A DNA stretch of 64,000 bases from Antedon mediterranea (Eukaryota > Animalia > Echinodermata): NCBI RefSeq assembly GCF_964355755.1, contig NC_092671.1, positions 14,384,001-14,448,000 on the forward strand, given 5' to 3'. Positions 1-14,178 of the stretch are shown here, one piece after another. Position numbers and translations under genes: made by a program. Under the pieces are notes generated by a model, which saw only the letters and a program-made list of their open reading frames with translations, searched no databases and was not told where the DNA came from. Within the stretch, counting starts at the first letter, position 1, and each line of letters starts with the position of its first letter.

Positions 1-538
1 GCGAAATCCTAGAAAGCAAAAGCTTGAAAAGGGCTGCATAGAAACTAAACAGAACGTACTTATACTGTAAACACGTGAATGGGATAAACATAGAAACGGC
101 AACGCGGATTAACATGAAACTGGATAAGAACAGGGAAAAGACGCAAACATGGAAGGACGAGAACAAAACTCTTTTCGAAACATTATACATACATTTTTGT
201 TTGTTTGAAAATGATGTGAATAAAATGTTTATTTTATTTATTTATCACAATATATATACTATAAGTATATATGTTTTTATGAATTACAAAGTCAATGCAA
301 TTTACTATGAAATCTGTAAAATACATTTTTAATTCCATGTTTCCACGTTTTGAGAAAATAAAATGTGGGAAGAATTCACAAAAGACCAAATGTACACAGT
401 GGTATTGTCTATGATTTTCAATTATGCAAAATGAAATAGTGTTGAGTGGTGGACATGTAATGCATAAAAAGAACATGAAAATATGTCATTCAAATATAAT
501 ATATTACACACTAGGCATAGAAAAATAATTCGGCCCGG

Positions 539-710
539 TGATATACTGAAATTTAATTCATTAATTTGAAACGATAAGATTAGGAAATCTGTGAGAATGA
601 AAAAAATCCCGGGATTCGAACCCGGACCTTCTGCTGATATGCAGATGTCCTAACCATTAGACCATTAGATCATGGTATACTGTAGTTCAAACCTGATTGG
701 ATAGCGACTC
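539..710 (-). mobile_element. Dispersed repeat with tRNA-like (Pol III box A/B) segment, copy 1
   Basis: Minus strand reads TGGTCTAATGG (box A-like) and GGTTCGAATCCC (box B). Shares GTGATATACTGAAA, AACCATTAGACCA and CTGATTGGAT blocks with 59860-60000. No intact cloverleaf. Confidence 0.55.
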
Positions 711-1049
711 TTTAATATTCTCGGCGTGGTACAACAGGACTAGCACAATATATTATATTATTCAAATATAATATATATATATATATATATATATAGAAAG
801 TATAAACAATAATTAAAATGTTATGATTAGTTCTTACAAAAATCATCACCTATACATAGGCCAGGTCACAAAGGCCTAGTAGATCATATAATTGAAACGG
901 CACTGAATATTTGAAAATCATTACACTAAAATAATATGCAAATGGCAATGCAAATCAATGAAATAACATTATATTATTGGAAATACTTTAGGGAGTGTGT
1001 ATTGTAGTTTTCGCGTAGTTATATTGTCGCCAGTGAAATTAATGAATAA

Positions 1050-1200
1050 TAATAATGATTATGTTTTCATTTATATATAGCGCAAATTCCATATATGTTC
1101 AAATGACGCTTACACATTATTACCCCGGTTATTTTGATCAAACATGTATGGAAGTATAGCCTACTTCCACAATGTTGCAGCCAGTAATCAGATGTATTAT
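1050..1200 (-). mobile_element. 3' tail of an L2-type LINE/SINE relic
   Basis: Minus strand CCGGGGTAATAATGTGTAAGCG...GCGCTATATATAAA followed by short ATT-type repeats resembles L2-derived 3' ends. Recognised from memory only. Confidence 0.35.
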
Positions 1201-1938
1201 GAATACCATTATTACATTACGTAATTTAGATCTTCATACACAATATTATATAATATAAAAAAAGGTGGCATCTCGCGTCGAGGTATAACATCACATTTAT
1301 AGCGGTTATAAACTATGTAATTACCTTTTATTAAACTATCCATGAAAACTATACTTGAATGAATGAATAATAATAACGATGGGGTGTAAGCTAATTCAGT
1401 TATTGTTGCCCAAGAGAGCTAAGTATAAGTATATAGTAAACAGTAACCTAAGCTCACAGGCGTTCATTCATTCCTTGCGACACCTCCGTTAACGAATACA
1501 CTAAATAACTACTTCGTACCGTGCTGGGTGTGTTATGCGGAATTTAAATTACTGGATATTGTGAACTGGGCATTATTTAGAAACGCTACTGTACCATTTT
1601 TAATATTAGTACTAATAAGATACGCAACCAGCAACTTATACATATTATGTACGTAGTCCTGTTGTCAATCAACAATATTAATATTATTCAACAATATAAT
1701 GAATCAACCCAGGACAGTATATAGAAATAAACAAAATTGAAATCACAGCACCGACCAGAAATGGAAAATCTACAAATTATTAGAAGAAATTAACACTAAT
1801 AAAAGGTTGAGTCTATGTTAAAATTAAAGCCATGCTTTATCATTCATTTGTAAAGGAACAGGACGATAACGCTTGACGATACAGATACATTTGTCTTACA
1901 TAAAACAAAAGAAATGTTTGCTTAACAATATCGTCGTC

Positions 1939-1982
1939 ACTCTGAAGAAAGTGCTCGTGAAATGAGCACTGAAACCGTAAGT
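1939..1982 (+). ncRNA. Minimal type I hammerhead ribozyme motif (Penelope-like element type), probably degenerate
   Basis: CUGAAGA at 1942-1948, 7-bp stem II AGUGCUC/GAGCACU, GAAAC-C-GUA core and 3-bp stem I ACU/AGU. Confidence 0.55.
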
Positions 1983-2829
1983 CAGGCAAGTTTGGGTTGT
2001 CAAAATAGAATTTTAAAATAACGTATCTTAATACTAGAACTATGTGATATCACTGTTTGTTAAAATCCAATAACATCGTTGCATCGTCACCGTCGCTAAC
2101 TTATCATGACGTCATTTGATAAAATAAGTTTGATCAGCATATTTCTTTATTTTGGTTCTAGAATGACAATTTTTCTATTTCTTTTGTTTTATGTATGAAA
2201 AATAAATGTTATCAGTTATCGTCGATCCTCATCGTCCTAGTATAAAAGGCTTTTATAATTATTATTCCGATATTTATTATTGTCTATGTATTTTTCTTAT
2301 CATATTCACAAGCACTGCGCTATTTAGGCCCCTCCACTCTATCCATTCAAAGAATAGAGAAATGTGAAGAGAAATAAATATTGTAGGCCTAAATATTGTT
2401 CCTCTCCTCCTAGCTTCATAATGTTATCGTATTTTAGTTGTAGTAACCGTAGAGTTATAGCTTTGCCAGCACAAAATGGTCGATATAATTATACAAAAAA
2501 TAAAATCACACAGAACGAAACATTTCAAGATAAAAAATAATATATGTTCAATGTATGCTTCATAAAAATGATATTTGTGATTGAACAGGACGGATAAAAA
2601 GTACGGTACTGCACAGTAATTGCTTCTGAAACCGTTTGAACGCAATAAATCTTTATTTATAGTTTGGAATTAATTAAGATGGAATGAGCACTGGCTGTAT
2701 TTAATATGAAAAAATGACATAAAATTCAAAAGTCAAATAAAATATAAATACATATGCGCATATCGTCTTGAAATATCTGTGTCGCGAAAACATCAAAGTA
2801 CAATATTTGGCAAGTCGTTAATATTTCTG

Positions 2830-3305
2830 AATAATGTTACAAAACGTGTCAATATTATGCTGTACACATGTCAAACGCGTCAATATTTTGCTGTACATAG
2901 ACCCTACATGTCAAACGCGTCAATATTTTGCTGTACATAGGCCCTACATGTCAAACGCGTCAATATTTTGCTGTACATAGGCCTTAACATGTCAAACGCG
3001 TCAATATTTTGCTGTACATACAGGTCAAACGCGTCAATATTTTGCTGTACATACAGGTTAAACGCGTCAATGAAAACGCGTCAAATATAGTGAAAGTACA
3101 ATTATGTGACAAACCCGTCAAATAAGTACAAAAACACACGTGGAAATTGAACGTGCGCATAAAATAATCGTCGATGGGGTGGTGAGGCATGAATGAAACG
3201 AGGCCATATGCATGGCTGTAGTCGCGTGCTCAAGTTTGAGTTAGTGTTTACCGACCGACCGACCGACCGACCGACCAACCAACATAGTGAGCTGTAGAGT
3301 CGAGT
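2830..3305. repeat. ~33-40 bp tandem array followed by (ACCG)n; possible Helentron/DINE-like non-autonomous element
   Basis: About 7 copies of ATGTCAAACGCGTCAATATTTTGCTGTACA at 2840-3090, then an (ACCG)n microsatellite at 3250-3280 flanked by AGTCG motifs. The array is seen directly; the Helentron assignment is inference. Confidence 0.6.
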
Positions 3306-6300
3306 TTGCTAAAATGACATTTAGAACCTTGGCTTTCTTTCCCACTATAATTATACATACAACAACAGAGATGGAAGGGCTACCTGTCAATTAGCCTGCT
3401 CGTTACTACATGTACTTTGCATTGAATAAAAATAATATTAGCTTTATCCTTCCATTGACTTAATAGCAATGCTTGATCGTAATTTACATATATTGATATT
3501 AATGGATGTTAGTAATGATTATTTATAATGGTTCAGAAACAGCAAACTCATGTCACACAGTGTTATTTGTCATCTTTGATAGCCGGTTAATGTGCTATAA
3601 TCGTTACCTCATGAACCGATAATGTGACATGTAGTTAAGGTCTAACAAACAGTTATTGATTAATTTCACAAATAACTATGATATACGATTTGTCACTGCT
3701 TTCCGTATAGATGTGTTTTGCAGATTTTGCATTAAAAATAATACGCTCATCGCCAAATCGATAAACCAAATAGTCATCGATAAATATATATACTAATCGT
3801 TACGCTATTAGTCATCGATAAATCGATAAACTAACTAGCTTATCGATAAACTAAATTAGTCATCGATATCGACATTATCAATCGATCTTTGTAAATTTGC
3901 AGATGTTTGAAATTTTTGTTTAGAATAATTTTTAACATAAGAACAGGTTGTAAAAACCTTTGAAGTCTAAATTGAAAAATTCTAAATCATATCAGAACAA
4001 ATTTAACACGTTTTTAAAAACGACACAGACGTGTGGACATTGAACTTTCAAATGTAAAAAATGTCTCAATTTGACAGGCTGAAACATCAGCGCGACACAA
4101 CTTTTACTGACTTACAATAAATAATATACTGTATTTATTCGAATAAATAAACACCACCTCGAATACACTCCCTCTGCCCATAGAAGAACGTTAGGAAAAA
4201 CGCTCTTCTCGAATAAACGCCCATCATCTACAATACCAATACTTCTTCATATCGAATAAATACGATAACTTAAAAAACTGTTTCAACAGTTGATTTTATT
4301 AGTAAATAAGCCTACATTAAAATTAACTGTAGGAGGCATTGGTGAAATAATGTATTTTGCATAATTATAATTATATATTTATTACATACATTACCTCATT
4401 AGTAATACTCATTAGTCTAATTTTGATAATGAATACACTATATTAGAATACAACGTGAAACATCCTAAACAGTGGACCGTGACGTGTAGATTAAATTACT
4501 AAACTAGTTCAGTAAGTTTGCCGGCAACAGCCAAAGGCATAATAAACATTAACATCATTTAACCCAATGCCAAAACTAATGATGGATAACTACCGCAAAG
4601 GTATTGCTATTGATGAGTATACAGAATCAGGAAAGAAATAGATCACAGCATTATTTCTAATCTATAATTGTGTTCAGATGATTGAAACGCTCTATGATTC
4701 TATTCTATGATATATTAATTTTATAGAGTGATCATGTTTTATATAGTTTATTTTAGTTCTATAGTTCACATTATGTACTTTCTCTTCAACATTGGCAGGC
4801 TCTGACAAGGCTTATTAAAATATATGTAAGTAAATATTTTGCTGTAAAAATGATATTAATTTGAGTGTTAATGTGATTGACCAATTTTCTAATGTTAAAG
4901 GTTATTAACCTTATAGGTTGGCATTTTTGGAGTAAAAGCTTAACCAGCCTACTTGTCGCCTATAAATAGAGACACGCTGTAGTGATCTTTCCTCAGATCT
5001 AAACCATCAAGATTCAGTTTGCGCCTCCACCAAAACATATCGAGATAATGTTAAAGGCCAGATGTGGGCAAAAATTGTATTGATTATACATTCCAATAAT
5101 TATCTATCTATAGTTTCCTCTACGTTTCATAGTTTTAGGGATTGTATTTGTGTTGTTGAAAATAAGCACTATCATATCATAGTTCAAATTACACAGTGAA
5201 ATCCCTATTCGTTTGGTTTGTACACAAATGTTGTATAGAGAGGCATTAACAAAAAACTATGAAAAATAAATGGTGTGATAAAAAATGTTATCAGATGACT
5301 AAATATAGGTAATATAACTTGAATTTTACTATTCAACTTAAGATTTTAATTGTCATGTTATATCAAAAAGTATCCACCGTATATCCACCATCTTTTTTCA
5401 CTTTCTAGGGAGTCACCAGACATGTTATTACATTTATAGGTTAAACTACCTAACTACTGAAAAAAGGTTTGTCTGGTTTTTATAGCAGAATTTTTCCAAA
5501 TTTTATAAGTGACCACTTTAAGGGAAATTGGTTTTTTTCCGTCATGTTTCATGTATATTTGATTTATGTACAATTAACAAAACATTTTATTTAGGCCTAA
5601 AAGGCATCCTTGTACCTGAGTTTTAAATGCAACGAGCCATTTGAGGGATAGTTTGTTGTTCAAATACATTTAAAATGCAGTAAGCAATAGGTTATAAAAA
5701 ATATAAAATCACATTTTTACATGAATGCTAACAATGACGTAAAACAATACCCATTTTATGAAATACGCTGGTAATTCAAAATACTCTATCCAATATTTTC
5801 TACAAAGACATTTGTGACGGCCATCAAGGGATTGTGTTTATTTATGACCAGTTTGTTAAAAATTCTAGGCTGGCCTATATTTAAAAGAGTTAGTTAAACT
5901 TTAAAAGATTTGCGTTGGAAGTGTACGTAAGCCTACCTACTAATCATACGTTTTTCTCAGTAGAATAGAATGGATCGAGCAAGGTACGCATGTGCTATAA
6001 AGCGTGTGTTTTGGACAATATCTTCACGTCGATGCATCACTTGAATCGCATTGTAAGAACTCGGATTATGTTACTAATTAAGAACTTAAATTGACATATA
6101 TCAACCCAGATTCATTAATTAGGATCAATTAAGAAGTTAACCATAACAGTTAACATTTATTTATTCATTAATATAATGATAGTTAATATAATTATATTTA
6201 ATTTTCTTAGGTAATTTACTGTTGCGACATAAAATACGATCGTATGTGCGCACATGTTTGAATCCATAAACTACAATATTTTAAGGTTTGTCGGGTATAT

Positions 6301-7360
6301 TAAGTGCATACTTATACTGGATCCTTACATAAAATAAAATCAAGTACATTGCCAGAAATTGTGTTTATATATAAACAGTACTATTTGAACGTCAGTTTAA
6401 ATTTTCAAATGTCAAAAGCAACCCATTGATGGATTGGCTCATTCGCTATTATTTCCAATGACGTTTGATATTACGGGTAGATGACGTGTCATCACGTATG
6501 TTACGTGAGCACACGAAGTGTTCCGAAATATCACGTACAACATGCCATCATATAGTTTGAGAAAGGTTTTATATGTATAGTATTTGTCCATCTAGAATAT
6601 GTACCAAAAGGAGTTAGCGGAGAAAATTAGCTCCAATTACTGTACGTTGCACTGTTATATTCTTTCCATCAAATTACAAAACTGCTAAAGTTAGCGTCTT
6701 CTGTCGATCCATTAGCTATGTTGTGTACGTCACTGTGAATCAACGTTTAGTCGCGACGACAAATAGACGAAAACTCGACCTTATCATGTTCAAATAGAAC
6801 TCGTCAATCCGTATATATCTGGTCAATCCGTATATAACTGGTCAATCAGTATAGGCTAATCGTTTCGGTTCGATGTTGAAACACTCAATCATTGTTGAAA
6901 TAAGAATTAAATACCAAACAGAGGTATTTGTCGATAAACTCTTATAAATACTCCAAGAAATATGCGTGTAGTTTGCAACACGCAATGATAATTATCACAC
7001 TGTATAATCATTTTTTGATATTGTTATAGTAGAAGGATTATACATCTGACTGCCCATTATTTCAACATCTTGTTATATTGGGAACGTTGGGATTCGCAAG
7101 AAAGCAACTCAATTATATAATAATGTTATAACTCTATAACTATATACCTTTTGTACTATATCCATACAGGCCATTCATTTGATGTAACACTATTTGAAGG
7201 CAAATTTGAAGTACTAATTACGGAACGCTTCCTAATTATTGTTCATCGATTGAAAGCCCCTTGTATTGTCCGGTCAGTTCTTTCAAAACCCCTTGTATTG
7301 TTCATGCGCATCAGTTCATTCCGTGTAGGCCTAAAACATTAATATAACTATACGGTCCTA

Positions 7361-7521
7361 AAGCCGATTTTCCACTAGGCGAATTTGTTCGCGCGAATCG
7401 AAGGCGTCAGCTAATACGCATGCGTAGAGAAGGATTTGGAAGACGTAAACATGAATACACATGCGTACAAGCTGGCGCGTTCGATTCGCGCGAACAAATT
7501 CGCCTAGTGGAAAATCGGCTT
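7361..7521. mobile_element. Palindromic MITE (family A), ~161 bp
   Basis: Perfect terminal inverted repeat of ~43 bp (AAGCCGATTTTCCACTAGGCGAATTTGTTCGCGCGAATCGAA), further imperfect pairing inside, TA on both flanks. Confidence 0.85.
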
Positions 7522-10500
7522 TAGAGAATATAGTGTGTCATAAAAGATTAGCAAACTAATGTGGCGATATTCCATTCTTCAAATGATAAAATGTCAAATT
7601 AGTTCAGTCAGAATAACAACATTTATTTTATGATGAAAAAGTTACCATTGATTCTCTCGTTACCGCTGCTGGGTTTGATTTAAATATGACAATAAAAAGA
7701 AATTGATGTTTCTTGGACCCGGTTGGACGCAAGCAATGTTACCAATGCACATCATGTTGGAGAAGATAATCAGTTATTTTCGTATAGTGAAGGGCTATCA
7801 AATTCAAATGAAAATGTTGTATTTGCTATTATACTGTAATAGTGCTAGTTAACTGCCATGCGAATACATTTAGGTCTGTTATATATATATGTACATTGCA
7901 TAAGTATTCCAATACGCATTTTGGCAATGACTGTATACCTTACAAAAAGTTTGACTAAATGCATTATAAACAAATGTTTTGTATTGAAAGTGGGTAATTT
8001 AATTTAAGTTGGCTCCATATTTACGTTATTTTACCTATTAATTGTATATTTTATGTACTTGCTTACGAAATATAATATTAAGTGAATTATTTTTAGTGTC
8101 GTTCATAACGTCAGGCAAACTTAATTGTATTTCAAGTCGTTTCCAATGTATTTATTAGAGCACCTATGCCAAGTTAAAATCTTTTCTCTAGACCATGACG
8201 TTCACACAAATCTGATGGAATCTACTTAACGTTGAGGAATATTGCATTAGAATCTATACACCAACGTATAATTCCCCAACCCAGATGGGAATTTAAAACT
8301 TAACAACTACGGTATAGTTCTACTTTTTATTTTCATTTATATCGTATGATTCATTCAATACTATAGATTGTATATATGAAGAGAAATGATTTGACATGGT
8401 TTTTATGGCAATAGCAACTGGCATCGTTATGATATCAAGTCGTTTGTAAACTGTATCATGTGTTATGTAATTATAACATCTCACTGAACGGTCATCTTGT
8501 GCCAACAAACATAGTGCACACTCTAAAGTGCGCAAAGCATAATAATAAATTAAATGTGTTTTTAGAAAAGTTTCATTTATTTTCTAACGGATTAATTTTA
8601 AATGTTTAAATATCCATATCGTACGAATTAATCATTATCAATACGGTCATAATCTAATTTTATTTGGATGGTTAAAAAACAATATTGCATTCATTTGTTG
8701 ATAATTATTTGCTTAATAAAGCAATGGCTATAAGCTTGGATTACGCGGTCACTACGTTGTAATGTCAACAACATTCACAGATATAGAAACGCACCATTAA
8801 ATACAAACGACAAATACACTGCATGCAATCGGCATATTGTCTAGAAATGTATCAGTACAAAAACTATAAAGAAGAAGATATCAACCGTTGTAATTATTGT
8901 GAAGTTGCATAGCATCCTCCTCCTGCAGCCATTTCTGCGAGTATTAAAAATACATTTTTTGATTGAAAAAAAAAGATCAGTATAAAATCTCTTAGGATAT
9001 CAACAGAATAATGACGAATCATTATGATCTCACTCATGAGATACTTAGAGAAAAAGAAAAAACATTTGATATTGAAATATTAATTACCATTATGATTTAT
9101 ATAGACCTAAAGTATGTAAATATGTTTATGCTTTGGCGCGAGATGACGTAATGTTGCTCATTAAATTTGAACCTAACCTAAAAAGCTTGCTTTAAACACA
9201 TTACACAACACACACACACGCGTTATGTTCGATTGTTCTCTGCTAAGACTGGTGCTCCTAACTTGCTCAATGTCATTATAAATAAACGTTTTGTTACTTA
9301 AATAAAGATGATAAGTTGTGATGTAGTTCATCTGAACCGAGAACAACTTTCGAATCCGTTTCCGCAAGCGCTTCTCCTAAAGACAGTACTCAATATTGTT
9401 TCCAATTTAACCATTCACCATTTAATTGTCTTTCTCTGTATCATCGACATTCTTCAGAGGACGGAAAGCATCACATACATACAAAACAATAGATGGTTAA
9501 TGATGGTTCCTCCGTACTACTACTATATAAATTCTACGTAAACTGAATAACGACAATTCGACTTACTGGAAAAACAAATTGTTAGTTTTATCATCTCTAT
9601 TAACTTTAACATACTTTTCATATTGGCATTGTGGATTTTAGGGAAGAATAAATTACCTGGTGGTAAGTAAGTACCCGGAACGACTGACAATAACTAATCC
9701 AATTGTTAAATTGATAATTTTAGATGGATATTTAATCAATTTTATGAACAATCATCAAACATAAGTGACTGCTTGTAATAGTGCAATCAGTCAATGTGTT
9801 CTATATTACGGTGATGCCGGTTCAGGGTACTTTGTCGAGAATAAAGGAAAATTTATTAATTTTTTTCAATAATTGACAAAAGTGCTACAACACCTTCTGA
9901 ACTTTATATTTATTTCTGTAACCTTATGTTAATATCGATATTACATGTTTTAAAAAAATTGAAAACCCATTTGGTAATCATATTTATTCAAAAGAACCGA
10001 AGGCAAACTAATTGTATATTATACATAGAAAATTTGCACAACCTGAATAAGCTACACATTAATCACGTGATACCGAAGAAAAACAAAGATGATATTACTA
10101 ACGTCACCTGATAGAATGATTGTACAGAATGTATGTTCTTATTGCGTCACATAAAATAGCAAAAACTACTATAGGCCTATAAATAATAATTATTGTTTAT
10201 ATTTATATATATTGTTTCCAAATTAAAAAAGATAAACAAATAAGATAAGTTGCCCTAAATTTATTAAATGTATTTTCATTGTTATTTCAATTTAGTATCA
10301 TTTATACATTTACTATTATCGACTTTAAAAGTATACATTGATACACACTTCACACCTGTTAGCTAAATCTCGGTTTATTTACACATTTAATGGATGTAAT
10401 TATTGTTTTCTATAGAGAAATATACCGTACTGATTGACATGAAATATTATGTGTGTTTAGAAAAAAAAAACATTTCAAAGAATTGCAACAAATCTGTCAA

Positions 10501-11257
10501 AGACAGTTGTCTTAAAATATTGTTTTGTGGAATAGATCCGTTTGCCAACTTCACATTTTTGCTCAAAATGAACAATTTGTTTAAAATAAATAGTCTGCGT
10601 ATGTTTATGTTTTCTTGAAGCGTGCGCGAAATCTTTCGCTGTGTAGTGTTAAATATAAAAGCCCATATTATAATTATTATCGATCAATCGAATAATAATC
10701 AATAAGCAGAACAGTTTTTGTAATCAACCATATTTTTATTTATGATATACCTATATACAATCATGACATTTATAATCAATTACTGTATTACATTAAGTGA
10801 AACAACATTATCTAAATAACAGTTAATTGTTGTTAATTAATAGGCATTTTGGGACTGTGCATCTCTCAAAATGTTGACAGTATTTATTTTGTTGCTTTGT
10901 CCACCCTCACTTGAAATAATGATAAATATGTTTAAGTGTATGATATTGCGTTTTATCTTGATTCAGCGGTGTCGTTAAGAAGATTAGTCTGCATATAACT
11001 CATCCATTATTTTATTTACGATATTGATTTGTTGACGTCATAATAGAGGGCGATATAATTCGAGTTGAACGCCGTTGTCATTAATAATAACAGCGCGGGT
11101 CTTTTGAAGTACATTTGTTTATGGTGGTAATGTTATAAAACGGTCAAGTTCAATTCCGTGGTGTGTTTTTCTTCTTTTTTTAAACTAACATAGTTTCAAA
11201 TAGTTTGAAAGCTTTAAAGTTAGAATTGAGACACACTGTACTTGTACGTAGGCTTAC

Positions 11258-11472
11258 ATCATGATCACAATGATCATGTCAATCTCTGTCATCATGATCA
11301 CAATTATCATGTCAATATCTGTCATGATCATGATCACAATAATCATGTCAATCTCTGTCATCATGATCGCAATGATCATGTCAATATCTGTCATGATCAC
11401 AATGATCATTTCAATCTCTGTCATCGTGATCACAATGATCATATCGATCTCTGTCATCAAGATCAACGGCAT
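11258..11472. repeat. 30-bp minisatellite, ~7 copies
   Basis: Unit CATGATCACAATGATCATGTCAATCTCTGT. It explains the repetitive ORFs at 11242-11499. Confidence 0.9.
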
Positions 11473-12901
11473 CGTGAGGCCATGTTAACGTGTATATAAA
11501 ATAGAAATGTATGCCGATTATATAACGAACGATAATACTTATTTACTAAGCACAGCAAGAAAGATAGTTTAAGAATTTGAAAACAAAAAATGAATAAGGT
11601 AAACTGTTAACCTAAAGGAGTAAATGTCAAATAATCATTAACCATTAATGTAAGATTGAATGTTGAGTTAACCTTGTAAAGAGCGGCATATTGAGTTACA
11701 AATCACATTATGTTCACTATATGAATTAAAAGCATGCGGATAACTTATCATTTTCATATGATAATGCATGTTAAGGTACGAAACGTCAAACGAGCAAAAT
11801 TCACTTGAAACATGAATGCATGATCAGTGAGATTTCAAAATATAAATTCTGCGGATATAACAACCATGAATGTTGTTATCAATATGTGAATTATAATCTT
11901 AACTTAAAAATTAGAGTCGATGTGGATGTGTTTTTTTTTATCACCACAAGCATTATCAATTTAAACGTATTTAATGATTGATTACATTAACGAAAGGCCT
12001 ACAGTGGCGGATTCTGGATCTTCTAGGCGAATTTGGGAGAGCCTAAAAATGGTAAAAAAGCGATGTACAGAACCTAATGTTCTAAACTTTTCTATCCCCT
12101 TCGTCTTATACTATGCTAAACAATATACGGAAAATAGTATCAAAATATTAATAACATGCGAGCTAAACCTATTCTGAAACGAATTGACCTACTTTTACTG
12201 ATAGAGGTTATTAACGTAGTCGAACCTAAATGTTCGAAACCAAGTGAAATGTATATTAAAAACTCGTTGAATTAATTTACCACGAAAAGAAAACAGTATA
12301 TCCGTATTTCTCATTTTATCTCATATAAATTCCATTATAACTCATCATTCAGGGAATAATTTGATATTATAAAATAATGTAAATGTATATACAATAAAAA
12401 CTTTCATTCCATAGAGTTAATAGCAAGATAAATGAGGTCGACTTCACTGGCACTACATTAAACTGCAATTGACCTAAAAAATAATGAAAGATATTGACAT
12501 TAACAATGCTCTAGATTCAACAAGCAGAATTAAGAGAGACGAAATGTTTCCACACTTCTACAGGAATTGGAAACACCGTTGAGGAAACAGCAAAAGACAC
12601 TAAATATATCTTGAATCAACGAAATTAAGAATAGAACAGTATATGCCTATTTGTACAATCCAATAAAATATGAAAGTGTGGTATTATTATATCAACATTT
12701 TTAAAACTGTATTCTTAGATTCAACGTTGTTGATAAATTGACAAAAGCAAAACATAAGCTAATGTTGATTCTGTAGACAAACAGAAGTTAAACACACCAC
12801 TAAAGATAGCCCTATATCTAATTTGAATTATTTAACTGATATACAGACACCTAATAGACATCTGGAATGTACTTTTATGAAACTGTTCGTATACTGCATC
12901 T

Positions 12902-13059
12902 TAGCTCTGACACTGTCAAACTTTATGTGACAAAATATGTGATAAGGTCATGATGATGTCATATCGCTACCATATTTTGGCATATCACTACAATATTGGG
13001 CAAATTACACATTTTTTTTGTCAAACTAGAAACTAGTTTGATAGTGTAGACAAAGTTTA
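12902..13059 (+). mobile_element. MITE family B copy
   Basis: Ends GCTCTG..CACTGTCAAAC / GTTTGATAGTGTAGACAAAGTTT. Internal ATCACTACCATATTTGG units match the copies at 25567, 31033 and 45652. Confidence 0.75.
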
Positions 13060-13997
13060 ACAAACTGCACAATAGTCATCTCTTAAGATTATATGGAAAT
13101 ACAAAAACATTCTGTTCCAATACATTCGCATTTTCTAGGCAACAAGAAATTGCTAAAAGAGTTCAATCAAAAGTCACTTAGATGAATTATTATATTTACA
13201 ATTTTAAAATAACACTAAATAAATAATAGTTATACCATATATATCAATTTTGTTTCAAATTATATACAGCTAACATCTGCTGATGGTGGTTAGAACAGAT
13301 TATCTGTATTACCTTTTTAGTAGCAAAAAGGAAAAACACGGTTGGACGAAAATAATACGATCTTTTTGAAGTCAAAGTTGAACGTATATTCTCACTCAAA
13401 GTAGATGAATAAAAACACCACAGATCACAGCCTGATATCGTAGATTTATTAAACAAACACTAGAACATTTAAACTTTCTAATGACTTTCTAGATTTTAAG
13501 TAGATAATCAATCAAAATTTCTGTTATTTTGTCAAAAATAGCTGAGAACATTCGTCATTGAATACATCCGTTTTGCAACTAAAAAGAAAGTTGTATTTAA
13601 TTAATTAAATTCATTATAATGTTTAGTAACGTGATGCACTATAACGGTGCTCTAGAACTGCTACTACTGCTGGTGGTCTGATCATGGAAGCAGCGTGTTT
13701 GTTTGATCAGATGAATTTCTAATACATATCAAAAAAAAAAATTATACTATGGACTGCATTGAATAGTTAAGATCAATAAATATATATGATTGTATTTCTT
13801 TGAAGAATTCATTAAAATTTAAATAAACACTTTAGAATCTTACCTTTTAGGTCGACAATATTTTCACAACATCTAACTGCACTAATATTTTCAATGCATG
13901 AAAACAAACAAATTATAGCGCATGATAAATAACATTAATTTAAGTAATATAAACAAAATATTAAGCAGGGATTGTGGATACATCCTCCATGGTTGTC

Positions 13998-14178
13998 CAT
14001 AGTCTAGTCTAGGTTCTAGACCGAAATTAGTAATAAGAAAAATATTTTGGAACATATGGCGTTCCATATGTTTAATACTTGTTCGTTTGTAGTATTCAGA
14101 CAAAAACCAAAACGTCTACTGCTGGACTAACACAAAAAAAAAGAGACATTAAGTACAGACTTAGAGCAAGTTTTGGAT
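13998..14178 (+). mobile_element. Dispersed repeat family E copy 1 (MITE-like)
   Basis: Colinear with 35705-35870 (TAGTCT..CTAGAC, CATATGGCGTT, TTCAGACAAAAA, ACAGACTT..GCAAGT). Confidence 0.6.

Noticed and set aside
1-41. Possible last codons of a plus-strand gene (EILESKSLKRAA*) with AATAAA at ~218
   Set aside because: Too short to identify; it needs the upstream window.
11242-11499. His/Asp/Cys-rich and Met/Ile-rich repetitive ORFs
   Set aside because: By-products of a 30-bp minisatellite that is open in several frames.
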